Shown here: positions 55,936 to 64,000 of the stretch, piece after piece | Position numbering within the stretch: position 1 is the first letter of the stretch | Layout: each line of letters starts with the position of its first letter | IMG/VR virus record: IMGVR_UViG_3300033072_001172 | Location: 1 to 64,000 of that record | DNA length: 64,000 nucleotides | Origin: a virus | Taxonomy: Duplodnaviria; Caudoviricetes | Direction: 5' to 3' (one strand) | Notes under the pieces: model-generated | Told to the model about the DNA's origin: nothing | Seen by the model: the letters and a program-made list of their open reading frames with translations, nothing else | Databases searched by the model: none | Program-made: the position numbers and the translations under genes

Positions 55936-56367
55936 ATGTTTCTGGATACCATCGACAAGGCGCTCGCGGCCGCTGCCAAGAATGAACCCGTCAAGACGGC
56001 CGCTGAACAGATCACTGAGCAGACGGTGACCAAGACGGCTTCCGGCGACGAGAAGCTCGCGAAGCTGGCCAGCGAAGCGATCGCAACCGGTCGCCTCATG
56101 GGCCACGGTTTCGTGCTCGAACTGCGCAAGGAAGCCGCCGCGGCCTGGAACAAGGCGGCAACCCTGGAAGGTGGCCACGTGTCCGGCTCGAAGATCACCG
56201 AGCCCGGGTCGGTCACCGACAAGGCCAACAAGCTGCCGACCAACAAGGACAACCCGTCCAAGTCCGACATCGACGAGACCTCGGTCAAGCATCTGACCGA
56301 GAAGAACCTGACGATGCCGACCAAGACGGAGAAGGCCGACAAGCTGATCAAGAAGGTCTCCAAGTAG
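55936..56367 (+). CDS. scaffold/head-associated protein
   Basis: K/A/T-rich with dense KxA motifs. Confidence 0.7.
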   Translation: MFLDTIDKALAAAAKNEPVKTAAEQITEQTVTKTASGDEKLAKLASEAIATGRLMGHGFVLELRKEAAAAWNKAATLEGGHVSGSKITEPGSVTDKANKLPTNKDNPSKSDIDETSVKHLTEKNLTMPTKTEKADKLIKKVSK

Positions 56368-56438
56368 TAAGCGCAGGCCGCCGGTCGAGTGAACTGGCGC
56401 TTTCGGAAACACAGGCTGACGCGCACAAGAACAATGGC

Positions 56439-56469
56439 GACTGTGGGCGGTGATGAACCGCCCACAGTC
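56439..56469 (+). other. perfect 13-bp intergenic hairpin
   Basis: GACTGTGGGCGGT-GATGA-ACCGCCCACAGTC, no U tract. Confidence 0.7.
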
Positions 56470-56483
56470 CAGGGAAAACAAAC

Positions 56484-56933
56484 ATGACCAACTTCGTTGA
56501 GATTCTCCAGCGCAAGCAGGCGCAGCTGGTGACGAAGGAAGCCGAGCTTCCGGAAGCCTTGAAGGCCAACCAGTTCGCCAAGAAGGAAAAGAAGGAACCG
56601 AAGGAAGACAACGACAAGGACGACAAGAACGACGCCGATGACAAGGGCGGCCGCGACGAGTATCCCAAGGGATACGACAAGGAAGCGGCTCAAAAAGAAA
56701 TCGGCACGTTCGCTGACACGGTGGTGCAGCTGACCGAAAAGATCGCGACCATCGTGCGGGAGAATCACAACACGGTGGCGGAACAGCTGTTTCGCAACAT
56801 GGTGTCGTCGAGCATGAACATGAAACTCGCCGGCATGACCAATGAGGCGTTCGAGGACCCGAAGGTCCTGGTCAAGAACGCCTACACCATGATGCTGAAT
56901 GCGGCTGATCTGCTGGACCTGCAGTTGAGCTGA
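56484..56933 (+). CDS. scaffold/head-associated protein
   Basis: Charged, KxA motifs. Confidence 0.7.
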   Translation: MTNFVEILQRKQAQLVTKEAELPEALKANQFAKKEKKEPKEDNDKDDKNDADDKGGRDEYPKGYDKEAAQKEIGTFADTVVQLTEKIATIVRENHNTVAEQLFRNMVSSSMNMKLAGMTNEAFEDPKVLVKNAYTMMLNAADLLDLQLS

Positions 56934-57009
56934 AATCCGGGGTTAGCCGCCCGGAAGTAGTCTGGCCATACCCGCTGCCTTTGAGAAAACAACCGAACGA
57001 GGAATTGTC

Positions 57010-57333
57010 ATGACCACGCTGACCAAGATTGCCAACGAACTGAGCCAGGCCCGGCACGACCAGGCCTACGCCGACCTGTTCGAGACCATTCGCAAGTACC
57101 CGAAGCACGAAAAGGTCGCGGTTCTCCACGCGGCCCAGCAGGTGGTGGAGGCCGAGGGCCGCGGTGAAATCCCGCCGCAGACCGAGTTCGGCCGCCTGCA
57201 CCTGGCGAATGAACTGACCAAGGCCGCGGCCATTGCCGGCAACGAGGAGTTCCGCAAGGAAGCGGCCAACGCGTTTGCCGCCGGCCAGCTGGCCGCCATC
57301 CTCCTGCAGGAAGCCGCCGCCAAGGCCGAGTAG
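57010..57333 (+). CDS. head-associated protein
   Basis: GAGG SD, KxA motifs. Confidence 0.7.
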   Translation: MTTLTKIANELSQARHDQAYADLFETIRKYPKHEKVAVLHAAQQVVEAEGRGEIPPQTEFGRLHLANELTKAAAIAGNEEFRKEAANAFAAGQLAAILLQEAAAKAE

Positions 57334-57354
57334 TTTTCGAATTGGGTTTGTGCC

Positions 57355-57597
57355 ATGAAGAATCTTCAGGATCTGCTCGATCGTGCTCACACGGCTGCCG
57401 GGGTTTCGCCCCAGCGGTCGTTCGACACGGGCGAGCATTTTGAAGAGGACAAACCCGATTCGATTGTCCAGGCGCACATGGCCGAACTGCAGAAGAAGGC
57501 CGACGCGGATGTTGTGCGTCGGCAGGTGTGTCTCGGCATGCATCTGTTGTTGTCTGCCGCAGACAATCTTTCGGTGTTGGACACAAAGAAGGCTTAG
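57355..57597 (+). CDS. hypothetical protein
   Basis: 80 aa in operon. Confidence 0.6.
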   Translation: MKNLQDLLDRAHTAAGVSPQRSFDTGEHFEEDKPDSIVQAHMAELQKKADADVVRRQVCLGMHLLLSAADNLSVLDTKKA

Positions 57598-57603
57598 CCT
57601 GCT

Positions 57604-58050
57604 ATGTCCAGTCAGAAAGACTTCGTTGAGCTGACCAAAGCCGCCAAGGACACTTTGGCGGAGTTGCAAACCGTGGCCAGTGAGAACACCAAGCTGCACA
57701 CGGAACTGGCGCGCCGGGACAGCTTGCTGCAAAAGCAGGCACAACTGCTCGACGCGTACGCGCACGTACTGACCCTGGTCAAAGAAGGTGAGATTGATGT
57801 CGGCCAGGTCGCAGAGGAACTTGATCGCATCATCAAGCTAGGATTGTCGACGTACAAAGAAGCGTCTGTGGCGCCTGGCGCTGCCGACAGGATTTTTGGT
57901 GAAATCCTGCCGGAAAATTCTGGTGGTCAGGTTGAAAACCAGAAGACAGCACACATGCTTGAAGACGGAAGAGCGCTCGACTCCGTTTCAGCGTGGTTGC
58001 TGCAATGGCGCGAAAAACGCTTTGGCACCCCATCGGGTCTTGTGACCTGA
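57604..58050 (+). CDS. coiled-coil scaffold-like protein
   Basis: Heptads, KxA motifs, precedes decoration/capsid genes. Confidence 0.65.
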   Translation: MSSQKDFVELTKAAKDTLAELQTVASENTKLHTELARRDSLLQKQAQLLDAYAHVLTLVKEGEIDVGQVAEELDRIIKLGLSTYKEASVAPGAADRIFGEILPENSGGQVENQKTAHMLEDGRALDSVSAWLLQWREKRFGTPSGLVT

Positions 58051-58078
58051 ACAGGGCGAACAAACAGGAGCATTACAC

Positions 58079-58675
58079 ATGCCTCAGATCAACGACACGA
58101 CGGGGAACCAGAAGACTTCGACCGTTCTCCGCATCGACAACAAGGTCGAGAACTTTGAACGGTTCACGATCCCTCGCGGCACCGTGGACATCATCGAAGG
58201 TGGCCTCATGGTGCGCAATGCCGCCGGCAAGGCTGCCAAGCCCAACACCGGTGGCGGCAACGTGGTGGACAACAACGTCTACCTGAACTTCGCCAATCCC
58301 AGCGGTGGCAGCGCCTATGACCGCCAGACCATCAACGATGTTGGTGGTGTGGTGATCGGCACCGACCTGGAGAGCGGCGGCTACGTGGGCATCGGCGGTG
58401 CCGGCGTCCGCCTGGGCCTGCCCCTGACCGAACGTTTCTTCGTCAAGGCCGACCTGGCGACCATCGCTGTCCCGGGCTGCAAACTGATCCTGCGCCGTGA
58501 GACTGACGGCGCCGCGGAACGCACCGGCGAGATCAAGCTGGGTGGTGTGGCCCGTGGCTCGGCGCTGCCGGCCGCCGGCGCCAACGAAGGCGCACTGTGC
58601 TTCGGCATCGTGGACCAGGTTGACGGCAACGTGGTCTTCTTCCTCTTCTCCAACCAGGGCTACGTCACCGCTTAG
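58079..58675 (+). CDS. putative capsid decoration protein
   Basis: Gly-rich beta protein directly before the MCP; strong SD and codon bias. Confidence 0.6.
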   Translation: MPQINDTTGNQKTSTVLRIDNKVENFERFTIPRGTVDIIEGGLMVRNAAGKAAKPNTGGGNVVDNNVYLNFANPSGGSAYDRQTINDVGGVVIGTDLESGGYVGIGGAGVRLGLPLTERFFVKADLATIAVPGCKLILRRETDGAAERTGEIKLGGVARGSALPAAGANEGALCFGIVDQVDGNVVFFLFSNQGYVTA

Positions 58676-58834
58676 TAGCCCCTGAGCACGCTTTTGCATC
58701 CCGGGTGGTGCTGTGTGGTACCACCCGGGAGTCAGACCCCAAAAGACAGCACCTACGAAACAAGCAGGTAAACGCAACCAAAACTCAATCCTGTCCTGCA
58801 GTCCACGACAGGTGTCCATACAGGAGACATACCA

Positions 58835-59995
58835 ATGAGTCTGGCCATGGCAGACCTGCAGAGCCAGGAGTTCAACGAACTCTTCATCGACTCCGTGAAT
58901 TACGGAGGCGAGGCGCTGGAAAAGACGTCGGCGGCGATCGGCGACTACATCCAGCAGAAGATCCGCGAACAGGGCTTTGCACGCAAGATCCTCGAATTCG
59001 GCACCGTGACCGAACGCGACCCGCAGATGCAGCGCGACCCCAACGGTGTCCACGACGAGCTGGAGTACGTGGTGCCGCTGGAACCCGACACTGTCGCCCA
59101 GCGCATCGCCGTCCGCGGTGAACCCGACAAGACCTGGATCCAGGGCAAGCGCTTCCCGATCCGGTTCTACGACGTCAGCACCGATGAGTTCAACAAGACC
59201 GAACAGGAGCTGCTGGCCCACCTGGAACCGGTCCTGAAGATCATCGAGCAGAACAGCCTGAAGGACCTGCAGGAACAGGAAGACATCAGCTTCCTGGACC
59301 ACGCCAAGGCCTCGGCCTTCCTGGCCACCTGGCGCCTGAACCAGGCCGACCGCCTGAGCGGTGGTCTGACTGGCTTCAGCACCGGTGAAGGCAGCCTGGT
59401 CGACGCCTTCTTCAAGGGCACGACCACGGTTCCGCCCATTGCCAACCCGGTGACCAGCAACATCATCATGAGCCCCAACACCTACTGGCGCCGCGAGACC
59501 GTCGCGGACCTGGCCCAGGTGATGGCGAACCGCCAGCTGCAGCTGCGGGTCATCCTGATGCACGAAGCGACGTACGTCGACGCCCTGCGCTGGTTCGCGG
59601 ATGAAATCGGTTATGGGATCGCAGAAAAGATCACCGTGGACGGTTACCGTGAAGCCAAGGTCGGCGGCTACACAATCATCACCACGATCAAGACCAACCC
59701 GAAGCTGGTCCGCCCTGGCCATATCTACGGGTTCTGCGACAAGTCGGCCCTGGGCAAGTTCCTGCAGCTGATCGCACCGAAGTTCTGGATTAACAAGCGG
59801 GCAAATGTCATCACCATGCGCGGCTGGGAAACCGTTGGTGCCGGCATCGGCAACGTCAACGGCTGCGCCCTGCTGATGCTGGCAGGCAGCGAAACGCTGG
59901 ACGTGCGTGTGCCCACTTCGGTGTACGCCACCGGCGTGATCAAGCTGTACCCGGAAGGTGTCGACCGCACCGCGGGCGCCGACCCCGACGCGTAG
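58835..59995 (+). CDS. major capsid protein
   Basis: 386 aa after protease/scaffold genes; KIREQGFARKI, DLQEQED..FL, WETVGAGIGN HK97-like pattern; strong SD and terminator. Confidence 0.8.
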   Translation: MSLAMADLQSQEFNELFIDSVNYGGEALEKTSAAIGDYIQQKIREQGFARKILEFGTVTERDPQMQRDPNGVHDELEYVVPLEPDTVAQRIAVRGEPDKTWIQGKRFPIRFYDVSTDEFNKTEQELLAHLEPVLKIIEQNSLKDLQEQEDISFLDHAKASAFLATWRLNQADRLSGGLTGFSTGEGSLVDAFFKGTTTVPPIANPVTSNIIMSPNTYWRRETVADLAQVMANRQLQLRVILMHEATYVDALRWFADEIGYGIAEKITVDGYREAKVGGYTIITTIKTNPKLVRPGHIYGFCDKSALGKFLQLIAPKFWINKRANVITMRGWETVGAGIGNVNGCALLMLAGSETLDVRVPTSVYATGVIKLYPEGVDRTAGADPDA

Positions 59996-60013
59996 TCGTC
60001 AAGGCCTACACCC

Positions 60014-60048
60014 ACAGGGCCCTCTTTCCGGAGGGCCCTGTTTGTTTT
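60014..60048 (+). terminator. intrinsic terminator after the MCP
   Basis: ACAGGGCCCTC-TTTCCG-GAGGGCCCTGT-TTGTTTT. Confidence 0.85.
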
Positions 60049-60099
60049 CCGGAGGTCCCTGGGTATGCTGGGCTTATACTTCCAACAGGAGTTTTTGTT

Positions 60100-60852
60100 A
60101 TGAAGACGTTCAACGGTCAGCACATTCGGGCAGTCAAGGATCGTGAACTGGTGGTTGTTCAATCGATTGTTCCGCGGCAGATCCACGTAAAGCTGCCCAT
60201 CGTTGACGGTGGCCGCAGGTCATTCGTGCTGCTGCCGGATCAACATGTGCTGACGACAGGAAAGGGCATGCGCGACGCCGGTCTGCTCAAGGAACGCGAT
60301 CGCAGCGGCGTGGTGGTGTCTGTGCTGCCGGAAGCAGTGGCCGACATGGCAGAGCGGCGCCTCGGCCGCCATGGTGTGGTGGCCCTTGGTGCCGACGACG
60401 CGCGCGCACTGCTTGACATCACGGCGGTGAAGATCGCCGAAGATGACGCGAAAAAGAAAGCCGAAGAAGAGGCCGCGGCCGCGGCGGCCGCCGAGGAAAA
60501 TGCTCGTAGACAGGCCGAGCTGGCTAAGCAGGCCGCTGATCACGAGAAGTTCCTGGAAGATGAGCGCCGGCAGTCCAAAGCCAATTCCACGCTGGAAGAC
60601 GCGATCAAACTGCAGGAGACCGACACTCCCCCGGTGACTCAGGAGGACATGGTGGTCGATGATGCGCCGCCGGAACCCGGCGAACCCGCCGCGGCCACTG
60701 AGGTCGCCGCCGCTGACGACAGTGCTTCTCCGGTTGTGGCGGAGGACGCCGGTGTTCGCGACGACAGTCCAGCGGACCAGACAAAGGAACAGAGCACCCT
60801 GGCGGGCGACACGCAGCCCAAGAAGACAAAACGCCCCAAGAAGCGCGACTAG
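60100..60852 (+). CDS. hypothetical protein with acidic tail
   Basis: TATACT and AGGAG upstream. Confidence 0.7.
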   Translation: MKTFNGQHIRAVKDRELVVVQSIVPRQIHVKLPIVDGGRRSFVLLPDQHVLTTGKGMRDAGLLKERDRSGVVVSVLPEAVADMAERRLGRHGVVALGADDARALLDITAVKIAEDDAKKKAEEEAAAAAAAEENARRQAELAKQAADHEKFLEDERRQSKANSTLEDAIKLQETDTPPVTQEDMVVDDAPPEPGEPAAATEVAAADDSASPVVAEDAGVRDDSPADQTKEQSTLAGDTQPKKTKRPKKRD

Positions 60853-60861
60853 GAGTAACCA

Positions 60862-61428
60862 ATGCCGGGACCGGAAGGCGAGAAGCCACACATCAACGTG
60901 AGCGACAAGCAGCTCAAGGTGTCGGTGCCGTCATTTTACCCGGTACCCCCGGAGTATTTTGTGGAGGCGCTCAGGTCGTACCTGATGGACGTGCGTAATC
61001 GAAACTTCATGTTCGATCTGGACTACGCACACTCGGATCAGCAGCTCCGCGAGGCCTGGGGGCGTGCCCTGCTGGATTTCAACGAGACGCCGCCCAGGTT
61101 CAGCCGCATCTTCTCGTTCACGGACGCCCCGCGGTACATCCTGCTGAAGAAGGCGGCGTCTGAAGCGCTGTTCTCGCTGATGAATTACATGCAGCGTAAC
61201 GAGACATCGTACCAGGATGGTGAGCAGTCCTTCCAGATCAACCATCAGTGGAAGGCCATTGCGCAGACCGCTAACATGCTCAACGAGGAGTACAAGCAAG
61301 AGCGCATGCGCATCAAGATGGAGATCAACGCGAACCTGGTGTACCTCGGCGCCAACTCTGAGTTCGGTAACTACTTCAGAGAGCTGTCGGCCGGCGGCCC
61401 TGATCCTGGTAACGGCGCCGGTGTGTAG
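60862..61428 (+). CDS. head completion/adaptor protein
   Basis: LRSYLMD...FNETPP...YQDG; position after the MCP. Confidence 0.6.
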   Translation: MPGPEGEKPHINVSDKQLKVSVPSFYPVPPEYFVEALRSYLMDVRNRNFMFDLDYAHSDQQLREAWGRALLDFNETPPRFSRIFSFTDAPRYILLKKAASEALFSLMNYMQRNETSYQDGEQSFQINHQWKAIAQTANMLNEEYKQERMRIKMEINANLVYLGANSEFGNYFRELSAGGPDPGNGAGV

Positions 61429-61468
61429 TCTTTTGGTGGCTCGGTTCGCCTGAGCCACCGGTGATGAT

Positions 61469-62326
61469 GTGCCCGCAGGACATTCTGTGCTCGACTTTGA
61501 CGAACTGACGGTCAACGGCATCACCGCGAGATCCCTCGTGGTGAACTGGTCGTTCCGTCCCACGGTGGATCTCATCGGGAACTACCGCGTCGATGTCAGC
61601 CGCTCCCTGTCTCCGCAGGATGAGTTCATCGTAATCGCGAAAGGTGTCCGCGCGGACCAGTTCGTGTACGTGGACCAGGATCCCGCGGAGCTCAGCAAGT
61701 GGGCGACCTTGTACTACAAGGTCAGGGTGTATCAGGTGGACTCCACGGGAGCTGAGCTCCCGAACACGGAGTCCACGTCGGTAGCCGTGCGAATGAACCA
61801 GAAGGTGTCCGCACTCGGATTAGCCATCGTGAAAGCCCGTGAGCTGCACTTCCGTCATCTGGAAATCGGCCGGGAATCCCTGGTTTACCGTAAGCGCACC
61901 ACTGGCCAGGCGTGTCCCAATTGCTGGGACCCCGTGGAGGAACGTGTCAAACGACGCGACTGCTCCATCTGCTACGGCACCGGTGTGATCGGCGGGTTTT
62001 ACCCGCCACTGCGGGTACTGATTCAATACCATCCGTCCCGGCGTGCCAACATGGTCGAAGGGTCGATCCGCGAGATTATCTACGTGGACGCGTCCATGGG
62101 GCATTTTCCGGTCGTCAGTCCGCGGGACGTCATCTACGAGATCGGCACTGGTAACTGGTATCTGGTGAACCAGGTCAGCCCGCGTGAACACTTGCGGACG
62201 ATCATCATGCAGCAACTCGTGCTGCGTGTCCTTGACCCGCAAAGCAAGGAGCAGGATCTGGCAGGCCTGACCAAGGATCAGGTCACCTCTGATCTGCACA
62301 CATCCCATTTGATTACGGCGGTCTAA
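61469..62326 (+). CDS. neck/head-closure protein with Zn finger
   Basis: CPNCWD...CSICYGTGVIGGF; RDVIYE...WYLV. Confidence 0.6.
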   Translation: MPAGHSVLDFDELTVNGITARSLVVNWSFRPTVDLIGNYRVDVSRSLSPQDEFIVIAKGVRADQFVYVDQDPAELSKWATLYYKVRVYQVDSTGAELPNTESTSVAVRMNQKVSALGLAIVKARELHFRHLEIGRESLVYRKRTTGQACPNCWDPVEERVKRRDCSICYGTGVIGGFYPPLRVLIQYHPSRRANMVEGSIREIIYVDASMGHFPVVSPRDVIYEIGTGNWYLVNQVSPREHLRTIIMQQLVLRVLDPQSKEQDLAGLTKDQVTSDLHTSHLITAV

Positions 62327-62327
62327 C

Positions 62328-62810
62328 GTGCCGGGACCCAAACTAAAAAAGAAGCCACTCGCCATCGTGACTTTCTCGGATGACCCTCCGAAGGAAGTTC
62401 TCGAACGTGTGCGGGCCCAGCTTGAGGCCTCGGTGCGCCAGGCGGCCGACGCCAACACGTCGCCGCTGGCCAAAGACTCGCTGCCAAGATCGATTCACGC
62501 CACCGTCCTCAACGACAACACGATTGTCATCGACTCGGACAAAACCTGGGCCAAGTACGTCGATGAGGGCACGAGCGGGGCAACATTGTTTTCGTTGATA
62601 GGGAAGATCGTTCCTCTAAGATTAAGGTCAGGAGTCACGATCTTCAGGCGGGTGACCTTGGAGGCCATCAGCCGCGGTCGCTGGCGTATACCGCCTCGGG
62701 CCGGGACGCATTTTGTCCAGGAAGGTATGCTGGCCGCCATGGCCAGAGACCCCGCAATAGCACGGTACGGCGCCGATCTTGATGACGACGTCGACGAAAT
62801 CTGGGTTTAG
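62328..62810 (+). CDS. neck/tail completion protein
   Basis: RSI...WAKYVDEGT...W.IP...HFV pattern. Confidence 0.55.
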   Translation: MPGPKLKKKPLAIVTFSDDPPKEVLERVRAQLEASVRQAADANTSPLAKDSLPRSIHATVLNDNTIVIDSDKTWAKYVDEGTSGATLFSLIGKIVPLRLRSGVTIFRRVTLEAISRGRWRIPPRAGTHFVQEGMLAAMARDPAIARYGADLDDDVDEIWV

Positions 62811-62820
62811 GAGAAGACAC

Positions 62821-63312
62821 ATGTCGGAAAACGTGAAAACTCTGATCGAAAGCATGCGCGCTGCCGTGTCGACCACAAAGACAGCTCGCGAGCGCGTCAA
62901 GACCGCGTCGGTCCAGGACGACTTCGATCGTGGCGACCTTCTGGCCAACACCATCCACCGGATTACCGCTCAGGAAGAAGAGCGCGTGTTCCCGGAGGAA
63001 GTTCGCCAGCGCAAGGAGGCCGCCGAAAAAGCGAACGCGGTCAAGGAAGCTGCCGACGAATCCGCCAACGAGTCCGCCGACGACTCCGCCAAGGAAGTCG
63101 ACGAGAACAAGGCTGGCGAACAGCCGCCGGCCGAGTCGGCCGCGCCCGCCGCAACCGAGACCAAGGAAGCCAGCGTGGAGCTGCCTGGTGCCGCGACACT
63201 GCTGCAGCATCCGCTGGTCCGCAAGGGCTTCGATGACTACATCGAGGAGCACCGTGAAGAAGTGCAGAAACTGGCGGCCGAAATCGTCAGCAACGCATCG
63301 ATCACGGCCTGA
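62821..63312 (+). CDS. acidic protein with KxA motifs
   Basis: AGGAG SD; KTA, KEA repeats. Confidence 0.65.
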   Translation: MSENVKTLIESMRAAVSTTKTARERVKTASVQDDFDRGDLLANTIHRITAQEEERVFPEEVRQRKEAAEKANAVKEAADESANESADDSAKEVDENKAGEQPPAESAAPAATETKEASVELPGAATLLQHPLVRKGFDDYIEEHREEVQKLAAEIVSNASITA

Positions 63313-63351
63313 GCACTCGTGATGTGTCCGTAAGTCCGCCAGGAGCACACC

Positions 63352-63927
63352 GTGGCTATTCGCGTTGTTCGTTACGACATGGATCCGCTCAAGAGCGGAA
63401 AGACACGTGACCGCTGGGACTTCAACCTGCGGCGTGCTTCCGCCCGTTTGGTTCTGAGCGGATCCGTCGCCGGCATGGTGTTGACGATTCAATCACCGGT
63501 AGCCACCGCGCCGGCCATTGTCATCACCGAAGGTGTCGAATGGAACGAAGTCGGCGGCGACGTCATGGCATCGATGTACGCGCTGATCGCGGCGATCGAT
63601 GTGGCTGCCGGAGAACTGCTTCGAGTCAACGGGCGCGTTGAGCTGGTCGCCGGTAACGCCGAGGTCACCCTGGAGGCGCACACGCCCGGTAGCTGGGGCG
63701 AGCAGATTGAACTCGACATTGATGCCGCCGGCGCCAACTTGAGCATCAACGGCAACGCGGGCCCCACCACTGAGCTGCTGACGAACGGCGCAGGGCCCGA
63801 CTCTGCTGTCACGTTTCAGGCGTTCCTCAACGCTCTGCCGGGCACGCCGACGATTGCCGAGATCATCATTGTTCCGTTGACCACGGAAAGTTCATCGTTC
63901 CTGGTGATTTGGGACGACACACCGTAG
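63352..63927 (+). CDS. putative virion protein
   Basis: GTG after AGGAG; VTLEAHTPGSWG sheath-like segment. Confidence 0.65.
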   Translation: MAIRVVRYDMDPLKSGKTRDRWDFNLRRASARLVLSGSVAGMVLTIQSPVATAPAIVITEGVEWNEVGGDVMASMYALIAAIDVAAGELLRVNGRVELVAGNAEVTLEAHTPGSWGEQIELDIDAAGANLSINGNAGPTTELLTNGAGPDSAVTFQAFLNALPGTPTIAEIIIVPLTTESSSFLVIWDDTP

Positions 63928-63936
63928 GAGTGACCC

Positions 63937-64000
63937 GTGGCGCTGAACTCCGTCCGGTACGACTTTGACCCGCTGAAGAGCGGGAAAACCCGCGACTACA
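63937..64000 (+). CDS. partial paralogue of the previous gene
   Basis: MALNSVRYDFDPLKSGKTRDY versus MAIRVVRYDMDPLKSGKTRDR. Confidence 0.7.
   Translation, partial: MALNSVRYDFDPLKSGKTRDY

Overview
GC-rich segment of a large, probably contractile-tailed phage genome (no host housekeeping context, no tRNA/rRNA seen). The plus strand carries virion/late genes: tail-fibre and baseplate-like proteins, portal, a single-polypeptide beta-beta' RNA polymerase with an intein, baseplate spike, GpA-like large terminase, an intein-containing prohead protease, scaffold-like proteins, major capsid and neck genes. Three minus-strand islands (1-9270, 12418-15833, 24945-28346) hold small accessory genes, and their operons are headed by a shared GGCATAAGA motif. 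The standout is at 402-1471: a nuclease-less Nop/IS110-related protein (TasA-like) sitting inside a dual-repeat array of exact 35-nt period with two 8-nt variable spacers per unit, i.e. a TIGR-Tas-type RNA-guided system with non-canonical unit length. Other points of note: a DnaA homologue lacking the Walker A lysine, about 11 small Gly/Asn-rich paralogues sharing an NTGATCAT start junction, pervasive K-x-A motifs in head proteins (candidate protease sites), an atypical intein beside the RNAP catalytic aspartates, and two 19-bp direct-repeat pairs. All calls come from motif recognition by eye; no database searches were run.
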